DNA from: Candidatus Hermodarchaeota archaeon
GTDB taxonomy: Archaea > Asgardarchaeota > Lokiarchaeia > Sigyniarchaeales > SOKP01
Assembly: GCA_048885925.1 (NCBI GenBank)
Contig: JBHLLG010000056.1
Coordinates: 1-18,281, forward strand
Direction: 5' to 3'
Length of the DNA stretch: 18,281 nucleotides
Below the pieces are notes generated by a model. The model saw only the letters and a program-made list of their open reading frames with translations, was not told the DNA's origin and searched no databases. The position numbers were made by a program, and so were the translations under genes. Of the stretch, positions 1 through 9,373 are shown piece by piece; within the stretch, counting starts at the first letter, position 1, and the number at the start of each line of letters is the position of its first letter.

Positions 1-123
1 ATTATACTTTTCATTTTTAATCTCGTAGGATTGAAAGGGTACAAGGCTTATGATAAATTCCTGCTAATAATAAGCTTCGTGTTTAATTTTCTGGTTGTTT
101 GGTACGCTTGGAACTGGGTTTAA
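1..123 (+). CDS. 3' end of a DUF6326-like membrane protein (partial, cut by window edge)
   Basis: Frame 1 reads IILFIFNLVGLKGYKAYDKFLLIISFVFNFLVVWYAWNWV*. This aligns with the C-terminus of 7370..7735 (IIFAIFNL...KYDKFLFIVGIIFNIMVIWYAWNWM). Not in the ORF track. Confidence 0.85.
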   Translation: MILFIFNLVGLKGYKAYDKFLLIISFVFNFLVVWYAWNWV

Positions 124-213
124 ATAGGGATGAAATAAACAAGAAAATATAAGTATACAATACCAGTAAATAATAGAAATTAAAAAAAGTGAAAAAAAGT
201 TGGAGGATTAATC

Positions 214-897
214 TTGAATATCGTAATATGGTTATCTGGTTTTTTTTATCTGTTAATCTTGGTTCTACAAATAGCAATGGCTGCCTTTGGTTACATATTA
301 GAACCAACACCGAAGCATTATGAATCAGATTATAAGTTGCAAAGTTTTAATACCGAACCAAAAAAATTTAAGATAGGAGTCGGGATAGCGCTCTTAGAAC
401 ATTTTTGCGTCATTACACTAGCTATAACGTTGTTTTTTGTTATTAGTCAATATAGCATACTAGCTGGAATTGTTTGTATTATCTTTCGAGTAGCTGAAGG
501 CTCTATCCAAGTCTATATTGAAAAGGACTACTGGGGATTACACAATATAGCAAAAAAGTACTCAGCTGCTAGTGGCACGGAGAAGAATTCGTTGATGGAT
601 TCATATCGTAGTATTCTTGAAACAAAAAGCACAAGATTCGCATATGCCATGATCGGGTGGTCCATTGGTACACTCGCAATTTCAATTGTTTTGCTTTCTT
701 TTGCGTTAGCACTCCCCTTTATTGGATGGTTAGGAATTGTTGCCAGCATTTTAATTGGCTTTGCTAATGTGATGAGACTTGTGAAGCCTGACGTTAAAGC
801 TTATGAAAGTTTGTCATCTATTAGTGGTTTATTGGCGATTGTATTTGAAATACTCATCGGAATTTCGCTAATGTTTTTTCCACCCATCATGTCATAG
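214..897 (+). CDS. DUF4386-like multi-pass membrane protein
   Basis: 227 aa with about 6 hydrophobic segments. Motifs FRVAEG, IGWLGIVAS and IVFEILIGISL parallel FRLIET, WLGMFGVI and FFEIAIGVWL in 15264..15962. GGAGG RBS precedes the TTG start. Confidence 0.75.
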   Translation: MNIVIWLSGFFYLLILVLQIAMAAFGYILEPTPKHYESDYKLQSFNTEPKKFKIGVGIALLEHFCVITLAITLFFVISQYSILAGIVCIIFRVAEGSIQVYIEKDYWGLHNIAKKYSAASGTEKNSLMDSYRSILETKSTRFAYAMIGWSIGTLAISIVLLSFALALPFIGWLGIVASILIGFANVMRLVKPDVKAYESLSSISGLLAIVFEILIGISLMFFPPIMS

Positions 898-930
898 TTA
901 ATTTATTACAAATCTTAATTTTTTTTAAAA

Positions 931-955
931 ATTAATTACTTAGAAAACAATCATA
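931..955 (+). pseudogene. Probable remnant of the last codons of an Lrp/AsnC gene
   Basis: aattacttagaa (934-945) is identical to 6002-6013, which encodes part of QLLRT at the end of 5137..6021. It lies 47 vs 49 bp upstream of operator site 1 of the shared control element. Confidence 0.5.
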
Positions 956-974
956 TGTTAGTTTTTGTCCATTC

Positions 975-1208
975 ACAAATTTCAACTAATTGGAAAATAT
1001 TTTGGTAAGTTTTGTTCAAATATGTAAACAATTAAGAGGAAATATGCTGATTCTATTGATATTTTTGAATAGTATAAAAATTTAATGTTAGGTAGTTTCA
1101 CTTATTAATTTCAATATATATCCTTTTAGAACTATAAACACTTATTCGAATTTTTTCTCCTTATCAACAAACATGCTCTTATTAGAACCCCATTCTGTAC
1201 TATAAAAA
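975..1208 (+). promoter_or_regulatory. Conserved control element, copy A (three putative Lrp operators + TATA-like box)
   Basis: Sites ttcaactaattggaa 981-995, aacaattaagaggaa 1027-1041 and ctccttatcaacaaa 1157-1171 (degenerate), followed by catgctcttattagaacccc. Colinear with copies at 6045-6275 and 16010-16235. Confidence 0.75.
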
Positions 1209-1271
1209 AAAAATTAAACTTTTAAATTAAATTAAAATGAAATATCATCTAAAAAAAAAGGTTATCAAAAA

Positions 1272-2081
1272 GTGTCAGAATCAAAATCAAAAACTGATGA
1301 AATGAAGCTTGATTCCGATAATTCGTACGCTATTGAAGTCAAGGATTTAAAGAAATATTTTGCAGGGAAAAATCGTTATGAGGATGTTAAAGCTGTTGAT
1401 GAAATATCGTTTCAGGTAAAAAAAGGAGAATTATTTGGTCTTTTGGGACCTAATGGAGCAGGAAAAACCACTACAATAAATATGCTATGTGGTTTATTAA
1501 AACCAACAGAGGGGTTTGCTATTGTTGGTGGTTATGATGTAAGGAAGTATCTTAATAAAGTTAAGGAATTAATTAGTGTGTGCCCTCAAGAAGCAGCAGT
1601 ATTCCCATTTCTTTCAGGTAGAGAGAATATTGAGTATTTCGGGAACATGCACCTGATGTCGAAAGAAAAAATTAATGAGCGAGCAGAAAAATTGTTAAAG
1701 GTATTAGATTTATATGAAGCAAGTAAGCGAAAAGCAAAAGGATATAGTGGAGGAATGAAAAGGCAATTAAATTTATTAGTTGCGTTAATAAACGAGCCCA
1801 ATATTCTCTTCTTAGATGAACCAACGGTGGGAATGGACCCTCGAGTTCGACGAAAAACATGGGAGTTTATTGGTTCTATAAAAGATGAAAATAGAACCAT
1901 CATCCTAACAACCCATTATATCGAAGAAGCAGAAGTTCTCTGCGATAGAGTTGCGATAATTGATTATGGGAAGTTAGTTGCGCTGGGTCCTCCTAAAAAA
2001 TTAATGGAAGAACACGGAGCTAAAAATTTGGAGGAAGTTTTTTTGAAAATTACCGGAAGAAGAATTTTGGAGGGGGTTTAA
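1272..2081 (+). CDS. ABC transporter ATP-binding protein (DrrA/NodI-like exporter type)
   Basis: Walker A GPNGAGKT, signature YSGGM, Walker B LFLDEPT, H-loop TTHY, C-terminal LEEVFLKITG. Confidence 0.95.
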   Translation: MSESKSKTDEMKLDSDNSYAIEVKDLKKYFAGKNRYEDVKAVDEISFQVKKGELFGLLGPNGAGKTTTINMLCGLLKPTEGFAIVGGYDVRKYLNKVKELISVCPQEAAVFPFLSGRENIEYFGNMHLMSKEKINERAEKLLKVLDLYEASKRKAKGYSGGMKRQLNLLVALINEPNILFLDEPTVGMDPRVRRKTWEFIGSIKDENRTIILTTHYIEEAEVLCDRVAIIDYGKLVALGPPKKLMEEHGAKNLEEVFLKITGRRILEGV

Positions 2082-2083
2082 TA

Positions 2084-2839
2084 ATGAAAGGACAAAGGAT
2101 TCTAACTGTTTTTAAGATGGAAATGAAGAAAATGATAAGAACACCATTATACTTAGTTTTTTCGCTATTTTTTGTTGCGTTGCTAGTAGTAATATTAGGA
2201 TTTGCGCTAAGTAATATATATGAATGGGGACCTGATGCATATGGGAATCCAAGAAGTATTTTTGAACACATGGTACCAGGATTATTTGCTTATGCAGGAA
2301 TCTTAATAGTGTTTACTTTCGCATCAGCTATCACTGGAGACCGAGATACTGGAGTGCAGAGAAGAATGAAGACAACTCCAATAACCTCTGGAGAAGTAGT
2401 ATTAGGTCAAATGTTAGCATATACAATTATACCAATCCTTCAAACCGCTATAATATTGATAACTGCGCTTCTCATGGGTTTTAATCCAATAATTACTGTT
2501 GAGGGGGTAATAATGGTATTTGTATTTATGATCTTTATGAGTTTTTGCTCAGTAGGGCTTGGATTGATTACTGCCACCATTGCCAAAGATGCTAGAGCTG
2601 CAGGTAGTTTAGCTTTTATCTTTATTGTACCACAACAGATGTTTGGATCATTCATATACATGGGCGAAGCAACAAGAGTAATAGGGTATGCCATGCCAAG
2701 TCAATATGTTACTGAAGGCATATACCGAATTTTCTATGGAGGTACTTTAACGGATGTATTTATATGGCTTGACCTTCTAATAATTGCAATTATCAGTTTT
2801 ATAGTATACATAATTGGTGTAAAATTGTATGATAGGTAA
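2084..2839 (+). CDS. ABC-2 type exporter permease
   Basis: 251 aa with about 6 TM segments and motifs MVPG and DRDTGVQRRMKTTP (ERExG..R...TP-like). Starts 2 nt after the ATPase stop. Confidence 0.9.
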   Translation: MKGQRILTVFKMEMKKMIRTPLYLVFSLFFVALLVVILGFALSNIYEWGPDAYGNPRSIFEHMVPGLFAYAGILIVFTFASAITGDRDTGVQRRMKTTPITSGEVVLGQMLAYTIIPILQTAIILITALLMGFNPIITVEGVIMVFVFMIFMSFCSVGLGLITATIAKDARAAGSLAFIFIVPQQMFGSFIYMGEATRVIGYAMPSQYVTEGIYRIFYGGTLTDVFIWLDLLIIAIISFIVYIIGVKLYDR

Positions 2840-2857
2840 TTCCTATCCTTTTTTTTT
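2831..2857 (+). terminator. Hairpin + T-run terminator of the ABC operon
   Basis: gatagg-taatt-cctatc followed by c and nine T. Confidence 0.7.
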
Positions 2858-2868
2858 GATTCATTTTG

Positions 2869-2914
2869 TTTCATAACCATGAAAATTAAATATTTATGAA
2901 TGTTTTTTCATAAA
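2869..2914. promoter_or_regulatory. Two adjacent inverted repeats, putative operator of the 2989 gene
   Basis: tttcat-aacc-atgaaa (2869-2884) and tttatgaa-tgtttt-ttcataaa (2893-2914), just upstream of TATA-like ttttaaag (2923-2930). Confidence 0.4.
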
Positions 2915-2988
2915 ACAATATCTTTTAAAGAAATTATAGATTTAATAACGAATATTGGAAAAGTTATTAAGTTAATAGGTAGTTGTTT

Positions 2989-3243
2989 ATGAAAAAGTGG
3001 ACAGCATTTATTATTGGAATAATTCTGGTTGCTGTTTTTATAGTAACCATGTTTGTTTTACCCCCGTTACTTGGATGGTATTACCCTGATATTTTGAGTT
3101 GGCAGGATTTTGTAGATTCTATTAGTACACCAGAAGGCTTTATTATCGGGATCGTTACTGAGGTGATTCCGATCATATGTGTTACAATCGGAGCCATTTT
3201 TCTAATAATTTTTCTTGTTAAAATAGTTCAGGGCAAAGAATAA
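2989..3243 (+). CDS. Small two-TM membrane protein of unknown function
   Basis: Two long hydrophobic stretches. ATG 2989 preferred (TTG 2983 is an alternative). Followed by a T-rich tract. Confidence 0.75.
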   Translation: MKKWTAFIIGIILVAVFIVTMFVLPPLLGWYYPDILSWQDFVDSISTPEGFIIGIVTEVIPIICVTIGAIFLIIFLVKIVQGKE

Positions 3244-3326
3244 CTAAATAGTAATTATTTTATTTTTTTTATCTTTATAGAGCAAAATATTTTTAAATAA
3301 GAAATAAAGCAAAAAAGTTGTAGAAA

Positions 3327-3980
3327 GTGGACGAACAAAGGATATTAGAGACAGAGGATCTTAAAAATTACATTAAAAAGTTAGAAATTGATATATATGG
3401 CATTGCAGACATGAAATTACTAACTGAAATGGAAACAGGACTTCCCACAGATACGAAAAAATTCATAAATATGTTTCCATATGCTATTGTATTAGGTGCT
3501 CAATATGGAAAGTTAGGGAGAAAAACCTCTGGTGGCAAGACCGCATTATTTTTAGAAGATGCTGCGTTTTCTATAATGGAATACTTGGAGGATAAGGGTT
3601 TTAGGCAACTTATTATTCATACTGAAGATGAATTTGATCCTATTAATCGGAAAGGGTTTATGTCTCTAAAACTCTTGGCAAAAACAGCGGGTCTAGGTTG
3701 GCAGGGTAGGTCATTATTAATTATTTCTCCAGAATATGGTCCTTTACATCGGTTAATTGCAATTTTAACAAACCTACCACTTCAAACTAATCAAGTAATT
3801 AAAAATGAATGTGGCGATTGCCGAAAATGTATAGAGGCATGTCCTCGGAACGCACTTACTTTTGTTGCTTTTGAAGATCATCCCTCATGTAGAGAGGATG
3901 TTTTAGATATTAAGACTTGTTTAGGAGATAATGGATGTCTGGTATGTATTTTATCTTGTCCTCGGCTTAAAAAGTCTTAA
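3327..3980 (+). CDS. QueG/reductive-dehalogenase-like 2x[4Fe-4S] protein
   Basis: Motifs YGIAD, K..A..AGLGWQGRS.L.ISPEYGP.HRL..ILTN, CGDCRKCIEACP and C...CLVCILSCP. True substrate unknown. Confidence 0.85.
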   Translation: MDEQRILETEDLKNYIKKLEIDIYGIADMKLLTEMETGLPTDTKKFINMFPYAIVLGAQYGKLGRKTSGGKTALFLEDAAFSIMEYLEDKGFRQLIIHTEDEFDPINRKGFMSLKLLAKTAGLGWQGRSLLIISPEYGPLHRLIAILTNLPLQTNQVIKNECGDCRKCIEACPRNALTFVAFEDHPSCREDVLDIKTCLGDNGCLVCILSCPRLKKS

Positions 3981-4012
3981 TATACATTTTGGTATAACCT
4001 TTTTTGTCTATT

Positions 4013-4975
4013 CTATGATTTGGGTAATATTGCTATTTTTTTCATTTTTTTAAAAATCTTAGCTATACTTAATATATGATGATGATTTGTACCACAACAT
4101 CCTCCGAGGATTTTAATATTTGAGTTTAAGTAGAGATCTATCATTTTTTTTCCCCAAATGCTAGGACTTTCAGAACTTGTTTCTTCAAGTGATTCTAATT
4201 CTTCAGGACTCATAGCAGAACCATTCGCCTGTAGTCCCTTAAGTCGAGTTCTTATTAGTTCCGTATTATTAGGTTCATTATTAATTGCACTCCAACAATG
4301 AGTAGGATGAACGCAATTCAGCATATAATAGATAGGTTTTGGTGAAACAGAATTATCAATTACCGAAATTGTCTCATTAAGAGATGTTCCATCTAACAAG
4401 GTTCCATTTGGGCGTATAACAAAACTTATAACATAATCAATATTTGATTCTGCCATTGCTTTAGCCATACCTAGTGCCTCTGAAGCTGCAGGTATAGTGG
4501 ATCCCATTAAAAAGTCCACACCTGCTTCTTTTAACTCTTTTACTTGAAATTTATGAAATTTATATGCCTCATCACTCAAAAGAGCTTCTTCTGGATTATA
4601 GGCATCCCCTTTACAAGCCATTGGCCCTCCTATTAATATTTTATTAGCAAACTCCCCATAACTATCACGAATATCAAATAAAAATTTAACACAATCAGCA
4701 TTAACGTTCTTTTGTTTAAATCCAGCTAACTCTAGACGTTCCTGACTTGCTCGCCAAGTAGGAGCTAACATTAGAATTGGTAAATTAAATTTATGGGCTA
4801 CGGAAATATACTGATTATAGATTTTATCAAGTATTTTTTTTCCTTGAGTATTATAAATCATACCCGCATTCTCGATGTATTGGTTCAACTCAAATTTGAA
4901 TTCTCTTTTTACTCTTTCGATAACAGCTCCTTCAGCAAGAATTAAAGGATTTTCTGAAATTAGTTTTCTTAACAT
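4013..4975 (-). CDS. Homocysteine S-methyltransferase family protein
   Basis: N-terminal ILAEGA, AGVDFL, Zn ligands NCVHP and GGCCGT. Confidence 0.9.
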   Translation of the reverse strand: MLRKLISENPLILAEGAVIERVKREFKFELNQYIENAGMIYNTQGKKILDKIYNQYISVAHKFNLPILMLAPTWRASQERLELAGFKQKNVNADCVKFLFDIRDSYGEFANKILIGGPMACKGDAYNPEEALLSDEAYKFHKFQVKELKEAGVDFLMGSTIPAASEALGMAKAMAESNIDYVISFVIRPNGTLLDGTSLNETISVIDNSVSPKPIYYMLNCVHPTHCWSAINNEPNNTELIRTRLKGLQANGSAMSPEELESLEETSSESPSIWGKKMIDLYLNSNIKILGGCCGTNHHHILSIAKIFKKMKKIAILPKS

Positions 4976-5136
4976 AATTCCTTGCCTTCCTTACTTTAAG
5001 TTATAAAATTTAATTATTATTTTTGTTAACAACATCAGAATAATTAAGAATTTACAGATAAGAACTAATAAATTTTTTGCTGGACAATAAATAACTAATA
5101 TTATTATCCTAGTTAATTAATATTCTAGTAACTACT

Positions 5137-6021
5137 ATGGATGAAATTGACCTAATCATACTTCGAAAACTACTATATAATTGTCGATTGACATATCGAG
5201 AATTAGGTGATATAACTGATATGTCAGTGAGCGCTATACATAAACGTATAAAAAAACTTGAAGATGATGGGATTATCACAGCCTATATTGCTCGACCAAG
5301 CTCAATAGCATTAAAGTATCTAAACGTTGTAATTTTTGGAAAATCTAATGCAAAATCAATGGATGTAATTAGTAAAGAGATTGGACAACATGAGTGTATT
5401 GATGGTGTTGGAATTTTAGGGGGAAAAAGACTCTATATAGGTGTTTTATTAAGAGATATATCAGAACTTCAAGAAATAAGTAGTTATGTTTCAAAAACGG
5501 GTCAAATTAATGAACCAACAGTAGGGATTCTTAACTATCCTTATTTGATCCAACCAGAACCTCTAACGAATACTGATTATAAAATACTAAAGACTCTAAA
5601 TAGAGATGCAAGGAAGCCTATAGTTGATATTGCTGATGATTTAGGATTATCTGCCAGAACTGTAAGAAGACGATTAGATCGAATGATTGAGAATAATTTA
5701 GCTTCATTTACGCTGGAATGGTTACCCTTGTACGAAAATACTTTTATCACGGTTTTTCATCTATATTTAAACGAAGGAACCGATATAAATTCCAAAATTC
5801 AACATTTAAGTGAGATATATTCTCAGAACATGATTTACTGTGTGAACTTTAGCAATATTCCTAACTTGATTCTATTGAGTATATGGAATGCAACTGCTCA
5901 AGACTCTCAGAGAATACTTGAAGAACTGCAAACCGAAGGTTTCAAGGATGTAATCCCCCATATTTTCTACTCGATGAAATGGTATGATTGTTGGATCGAT
6001 CAATTACTTAGAACTAAATAA
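5137..6021 (+). CDS. Double-domain Lrp/AsnC family transcription regulator (clade 1)
   Basis: Two AsnC-type wHTHs (MDEIDL..R.TYREL...SVSAIHKRIKKLE and DYKILK.LNRDARKP..DIADDLGLSARTVRRR), each followed by a RAM-sized domain. Confidence 0.92.
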   Translation: MDEIDLIILRKLLYNCRLTYRELGDITDMSVSAIHKRIKKLEDDGIITAYIARPSSIALKYLNVVIFGKSNAKSMDVISKEIGQHECIDGVGILGGKRLYIGVLLRDISELQEISSYVSKTGQINEPTVGILNYPYLIQPEPLTNTDYKILKTLNRDARKPIVDIADDLGLSARTVRRRLDRMIENNLASFTLEWLPLYENTFITVFHLYLNEGTDINSKIQHLSEIYSQNMIYCVNFSNIPNLILLSIWNATAQDSQRILEELQTEGFKDVIPHIFYSMKWYDCWIDQLLRTK

Positions 6022-6044
6022 TATTACAGAACTAATTTTAATGT

Positions 6045-6275
6045 CTAAATCTCAACTAAATGGAAAAAAAATGTGATCTTTTTTGTTCCATGTTTATTAA
6101 TTTGAGTGGAAAAATATAGATTTCATTGATTTTCTAGATTAATTTAGCTTTTCTGAATTATATAAAATCACCTAAAATTCTCCATTCTTTATATTTAGCA
6201 CTTACAAAGGTGTATTGTTGAATTTTTTCCAAATAAGTGAACATGCTCTTAATAGAGCACCAATCTATAATAAAA
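6045..6275 (+). promoter_or_regulatory. Conserved control element, copy B
   Basis: Sites ctcaactaaatggaa 6051-6065, ttaatttgagtggaa 6097-6111 and ttccaaataagtgaa 6227-6241, followed by tgctct-taat-agagca 6244-6259. Confidence 0.8.
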
Positions 6276-6313
6276 TTAAAAATAAAATTGTAAAAATAAA
6301 AGAGGTAAATATA

Positions 6314-7366
6314 ATGAAGGAAGAAAAAAAGTTGAATAATTTTAAGGAGAGTGGTATGAAAGCAATTATATATTCAAAATACGGACCGCCAGATGTTCTG
6401 AAGGCTAAAGAAGTAGAAAAACCTACTCCCAAGGACAATGAAATATTGATAAAAATACATGCCGCAACAGTAAGTGCTGGGGATGTGAGAATGCGAAGTG
6501 GCAAATTCCCTATTATTGGGGGAATTGGCTGGTTAGGTGCGCGATTATATTTTGGCCTCAGAAAGCCAAAAAGAACATTATTGGGGACTGAATTAGCTGG
6601 AGAAATCGAAGCAGTGGGTAAAGATGTAAAACGATTTAAAATAGGTGACAAAGTTTTTGGCACATCTACAATGTGGCATTCTGGAGCTTATGCGGAGTAT
6701 ATATGTATACCTGAAGAAAGGAAAAAAGAAGGAATGGTTGCATTAAAACCTTCTAATATGACTTATGAAGAAGCCGCCGCTGTTCCTGTTGGTGCTAATA
6801 TGGCCTTGCATTTTCTAAGAAAAGCAAATATCCAGCCCGGGCAAAAAGTTCTTATCTATGGTGCTTCTGGAAGTGTGGGTACTTATGCTGTTCAGCTTGC
6901 TAAGTACTTTGGAGCAGAAGTAACTGGCGTGTGTAGCACCACAAATTTGGAATTAGTAAAATCTCTAGGTGCTGATAAAGTAATTGATTATACCAAAGAG
7001 GATTTTAGTAAGAGCGGTGAAAAAGGGAATTACGATGTTATCTTTGACACTGTAAGCAAAGCTTCATTTTCAGACTGTAAAAGAACGCTAAAGAAAAAAG
7101 GTATCTTTATTGAGGCTAACCCTAGGGTGCTAAATCTTATTCGCGGATCAGTGAAGTCTATCAAAGTAATAGTGGGTAATGCAATTGAAAAGAATGAGAA
7201 TTTAACTTACCTTAAAGAGCTCATTGAAGAAAAGAAGTTAAAAGCAGTCATAGATAGAATTTATCCAATGGAACAAATCACTGAAGCCCACAGGTATGTT
7301 GATAAAGGGCACAAAAAAGGGAATGTAGTAATAATTGTGAATCATAATGTGCGAGGAAGTGATTGA
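6314..7366 (+). CDS. NAD(P)-dependent MDR-superfamily oxidoreductase (quinone-reductase/'alcohol dehydrogenase'-like)
   Basis: Motifs [34 protein letters not shown] and GHKKGNVV; catalytic Zn cysteine absent (TVSAGD). Start is ATG 6314 (GAGGT RBS) or ATG 6356 (AAGGAG RBS), not TTG 6215. Confidence 0.92.
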   Translation: MKEEKKLNNFKESGMKAIIYSKYGPPDVLKAKEVEKPTPKDNEILIKIHAATVSAGDVRMRSGKFPIIGGIGWLGARLYFGLRKPKRTLLGTELAGEIEAVGKDVKRFKIGDKVFGTSTMWHSGAYAEYICIPEERKKEGMVALKPSNMTYEEAAAVPVGANMALHFLRKANIQPGQKVLIYGASGSVGTYAVQLAKYFGAEVTGVCSTTNLELVKSLGADKVIDYTKEDFSKSGEKGNYDVIFDTVSKASFSDCKRTLKKKGIFIEANPRVLNLIRGSVKSIKVIVGNAIEKNENLTYLKELIEEKKLKAVIDRIYPMEQITEAHRYVDKGHKKGNVVIIVNHNVRGSD

Positions 7367-7369
7367 ATT

Positions 7370-7735
7370 ATGGAAGATGTGAAAATAATTCTTTCAGGTT
7401 TATGGGTAGCTATAATGCTAACTTATTTTTTGGGGGATGTAATGCGAATATTTAGTGGTGATTTTGAAGAAGAATCAAAAAAATATAGAAAAATGAGTCA
7501 AAAATTGATGTTTGTAATGACCGTGTTGATGCTGCTTCCAATTATTATGGTCATCCTATCTCTGACAATAACTTATCCCCTGAATCCCTGGGTAAACGTT
7601 ATTGTTGCTATAATCTTTGCTATCTTTAATCTCATGAATATACCTTCGGCCATTTCCAAATATGATAAATTTTTGTTTATTGTAGGAATTATATTTAATA
7701 TAATGGTAATCTGGTATGCATGGAATTGGATGTAG
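7370..7735 (+). CDS. DUF6326-like membrane protein
   Basis: MEDVKIILSGLWVAIML.Y..GD, MVILSLT, WVNVIVA and C-terminal WYAWNW; 4 TM segments. Starts 3 nt after the MDR stop. Confidence 0.8.
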   Translation: MEDVKIILSGLWVAIMLTYFLGDVMRIFSGDFEEESKKYRKMSQKLMFVMTVLMLLPIIMVILSLTITYPLNPWVNVIVAIIFAIFNLMNIPSAISKYDKFLFIVGIIFNIMVIWYAWNWM

Positions 7736-7826
7736 ACATATATGATTATGGATATAATAGATAAAGATTTTTTTAATCAAATTTTTTATTTTTAATTAAA
7801 AGAAATTTATCAACTTGGTGATTAGA

Positions 7827-8315
7827 GTGAAGCTATGGATTATACATAAGGATGAAATTGGATTCTCTAACATTATTGCAGAAATACTCCAAAATCGCTT
7901 GGAAGATTATATAGATGTTTTTGTAGGAAATGCTAAAAGGATCGATCCTTCCTATGTTGTTGAAGAAAAATTAGACTTTTTGATAATTGGAGATATTATC
8001 AGCAAGGAAATTCCTAATTTGGAAATTAAGGATTGGTTCCTTAAATTTTGGGAACTGTCAAACAAAAAAAAGGTCGTTCTTAAAGCAATCTCAGGATATT
8101 ATATTGCATTAGCCGAAATCATAGTTGAACCCTTTTGGGTTAAATTTCTTCATGATAATGTAAAGGTTAATATTATCTATCCACCAATACTTCGTTTAAT
8201 ACTAAATAGCGGAGATATATCATTAGAGAATAAAGCATATGATAAAGTTAAAGACTATTCAAACGATTTAATTGAATATTTTGTAGAGAATAAAAGAAAG
8301 AAAAAAAATTATTGA
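7827..8315 (+). CDS. Divergent flavodoxin-fold protein
   Basis: Paralogue of 9374..9835 (LWII....G.S..I.EI....LE.Y..V.VGNA....PS.V..EK.DF.I.G). A GGTGA RBS favours GTG 7827. Confidence 0.7.
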   Translation: MKLWIIHKDEIGFSNIIAEILQNRLEDYIDVFVGNAKRIDPSYVVEEKLDFLIIGDIISKEIPNLEIKDWFLKFWELSNKKKVVLKAISGYYIALAEIIVEPFWVKFLHDNVKVNIIYPPILRLILNSGDISLENKAYDKVKDYSNDLIEYFVENKRKKKNY

Positions 8316-8344
8316 AGCTCATCCTTTATTTCTAGGTAGAAATC
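8312..8344 (-). repeat. Direct repeat R1 (gene 3'-end remnant, DFYLEIKDELQ*)
   Basis: ttgaagctcatcctttatttctaggtagaaatc matches 14561-14593 at 28/33 and is preceded by an A-tract like the other copies. Confidence 0.75.
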
Positions 8345-8459
8345 AGAATGTGTGATATTATAATATTTTAAGAAAAAAGCATATTCTTGAAAAATAAAAT
8401 TTTTATTTAATTCATCTAATAATAGAATATCAAATTAACCAGCTTTATGTGTAAAATTC

Positions 8460-9245
8460 GTGCCAAAACAACTTCCATCTCATAAAATTAAAAAATTTCC
8501 ACCAGAACGCTTACCAATAGTAGATCTATTAAAGGATGCCAAAAAGCATAGTACAATTTACGCTATTGCTGAAGTTGATGTAACAAAAGCACGCAATATA
8601 ATCCGTGATCATAAGAAAAATACTGGAGAGAAATTATCATTTACAGCTTTTATCGCTTATTGCATGGCTAAAGCTATCGACGAAGATAAAATTCTCCATG
8701 CACGACGCAAAGGGAAAAATAAGCTTGTTATTTTTGATGATGTCGATATAATGACAATGGTGGAGAGGGAGTTTGGAACAAAAAAAGCCCCTATAGGTCA
8801 TATTATAAGAGGGGCTAATAAGAAATCATACAGAGAAATTCATGAAGAAATCAGAAAAGCTCAAGTTGATACATTAGGAGCTGATTATCAATCAAATCAG
8901 CAATTGAAATACAAAAGGTTACCTTGGTTTATGAAAAAAGCTTTATGGCGTAAACATTCTAAAAATCCATATTTTAAAAAGAAATTTACGGGAACTTGCT
9001 CTCTAACGGCAGTAGGTATGTTTGGAAAAGGGAATGCTTGGGGATTAACTCCATCGGGAGACACGGTAATGATGGTTCTAGGTGGAATTGATAAAAAACC
9101 AGCGGTTATAAATGACAAAATAGAAATCCGAGAGTTTTTGAGTGTAACTTTAGGATTTGATCATGATATAATTGATGGTGCTCCTGCTGCAAGATTTGGC
9201 ATACGGTTGAAAAATCTTATAGAGAATGCTGATGACCTTAAATAG
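8460..9245 (+). CDS. Stand-alone 2-oxoacid dehydrogenase E2-type (CAT-like) acyltransferase catalytic domain
   Basis: Motifs EVDVT, KLSFT, GTCSLTAVG and catalytic FDHDIIDGAPAARF. No lipoyl or E3-binding domain. Confidence 0.9.
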   Translation: MPKQLPSHKIKKFPPERLPIVDLLKDAKKHSTIYAIAEVDVTKARNIIRDHKKNTGEKLSFTAFIAYCMAKAIDEDKILHARRKGKNKLVIFDDVDIMTMVEREFGTKKAPIGHIIRGANKKSYREIHEEIRKAQVDTLGADYQSNQQLKYKRLPWFMKKALWRKHSKNPYFKKKFTGTCSLTAVGMFGKGNAWGLTPSGDTVMMVLGGIDKKPAVINDKIEIREFLSVTLGFDHDIIDGAPAARFGIRLKNLIENADDLK

Positions 9246-9312
9246 ATCTTCTTCTCATAATAAAATGCTTAAAAATATTAATTAAAAAGAAAAAAAGAAA
9301 TAAAAATTATTT

Positions 9313-9365
9313 TTGAAGCTTATGCTTCATTTCCATGTAGAAGTCCAGCGATTCTGGGTTTTTGA
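9313..9365 (-). repeat. Direct repeat R2 (gene 3'-end remnant KNPESLDFYMEMKHKLQK* + terminator)
   Basis: 48/53 identical to 14561-14613. Contains tgaagc-N4-gcttca and has a T-rich tract downstream on the minus strand. Confidence 0.9.
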
Positions 9366-9373
9366 ATACATAA

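Noticed and set aside
975-1208. Conserved element as a riboswitch or ncRNA
   Set aside because: Conservation is limited to short dyads at fixed spacing upstream of a TATA-like box, with no extended covarying stems. This fits DNA-binding sites better, though it is not formally excluded.
6215-6313. N-terminal extension of the MDR ORF from TTG 6215
   Set aside because: It runs through conserved operator/TATA element B; RBSs support ATG 6314 or 6356.
9320-9373. Alternative peptide QKPRIAGLLHGNEA / QKPRIAGFLYGNEG in another frame of R2/R3
   Set aside because: It has no start codon and is broken by stops in R1, whereas the DFY...LQ* frame is kept in all three copies.
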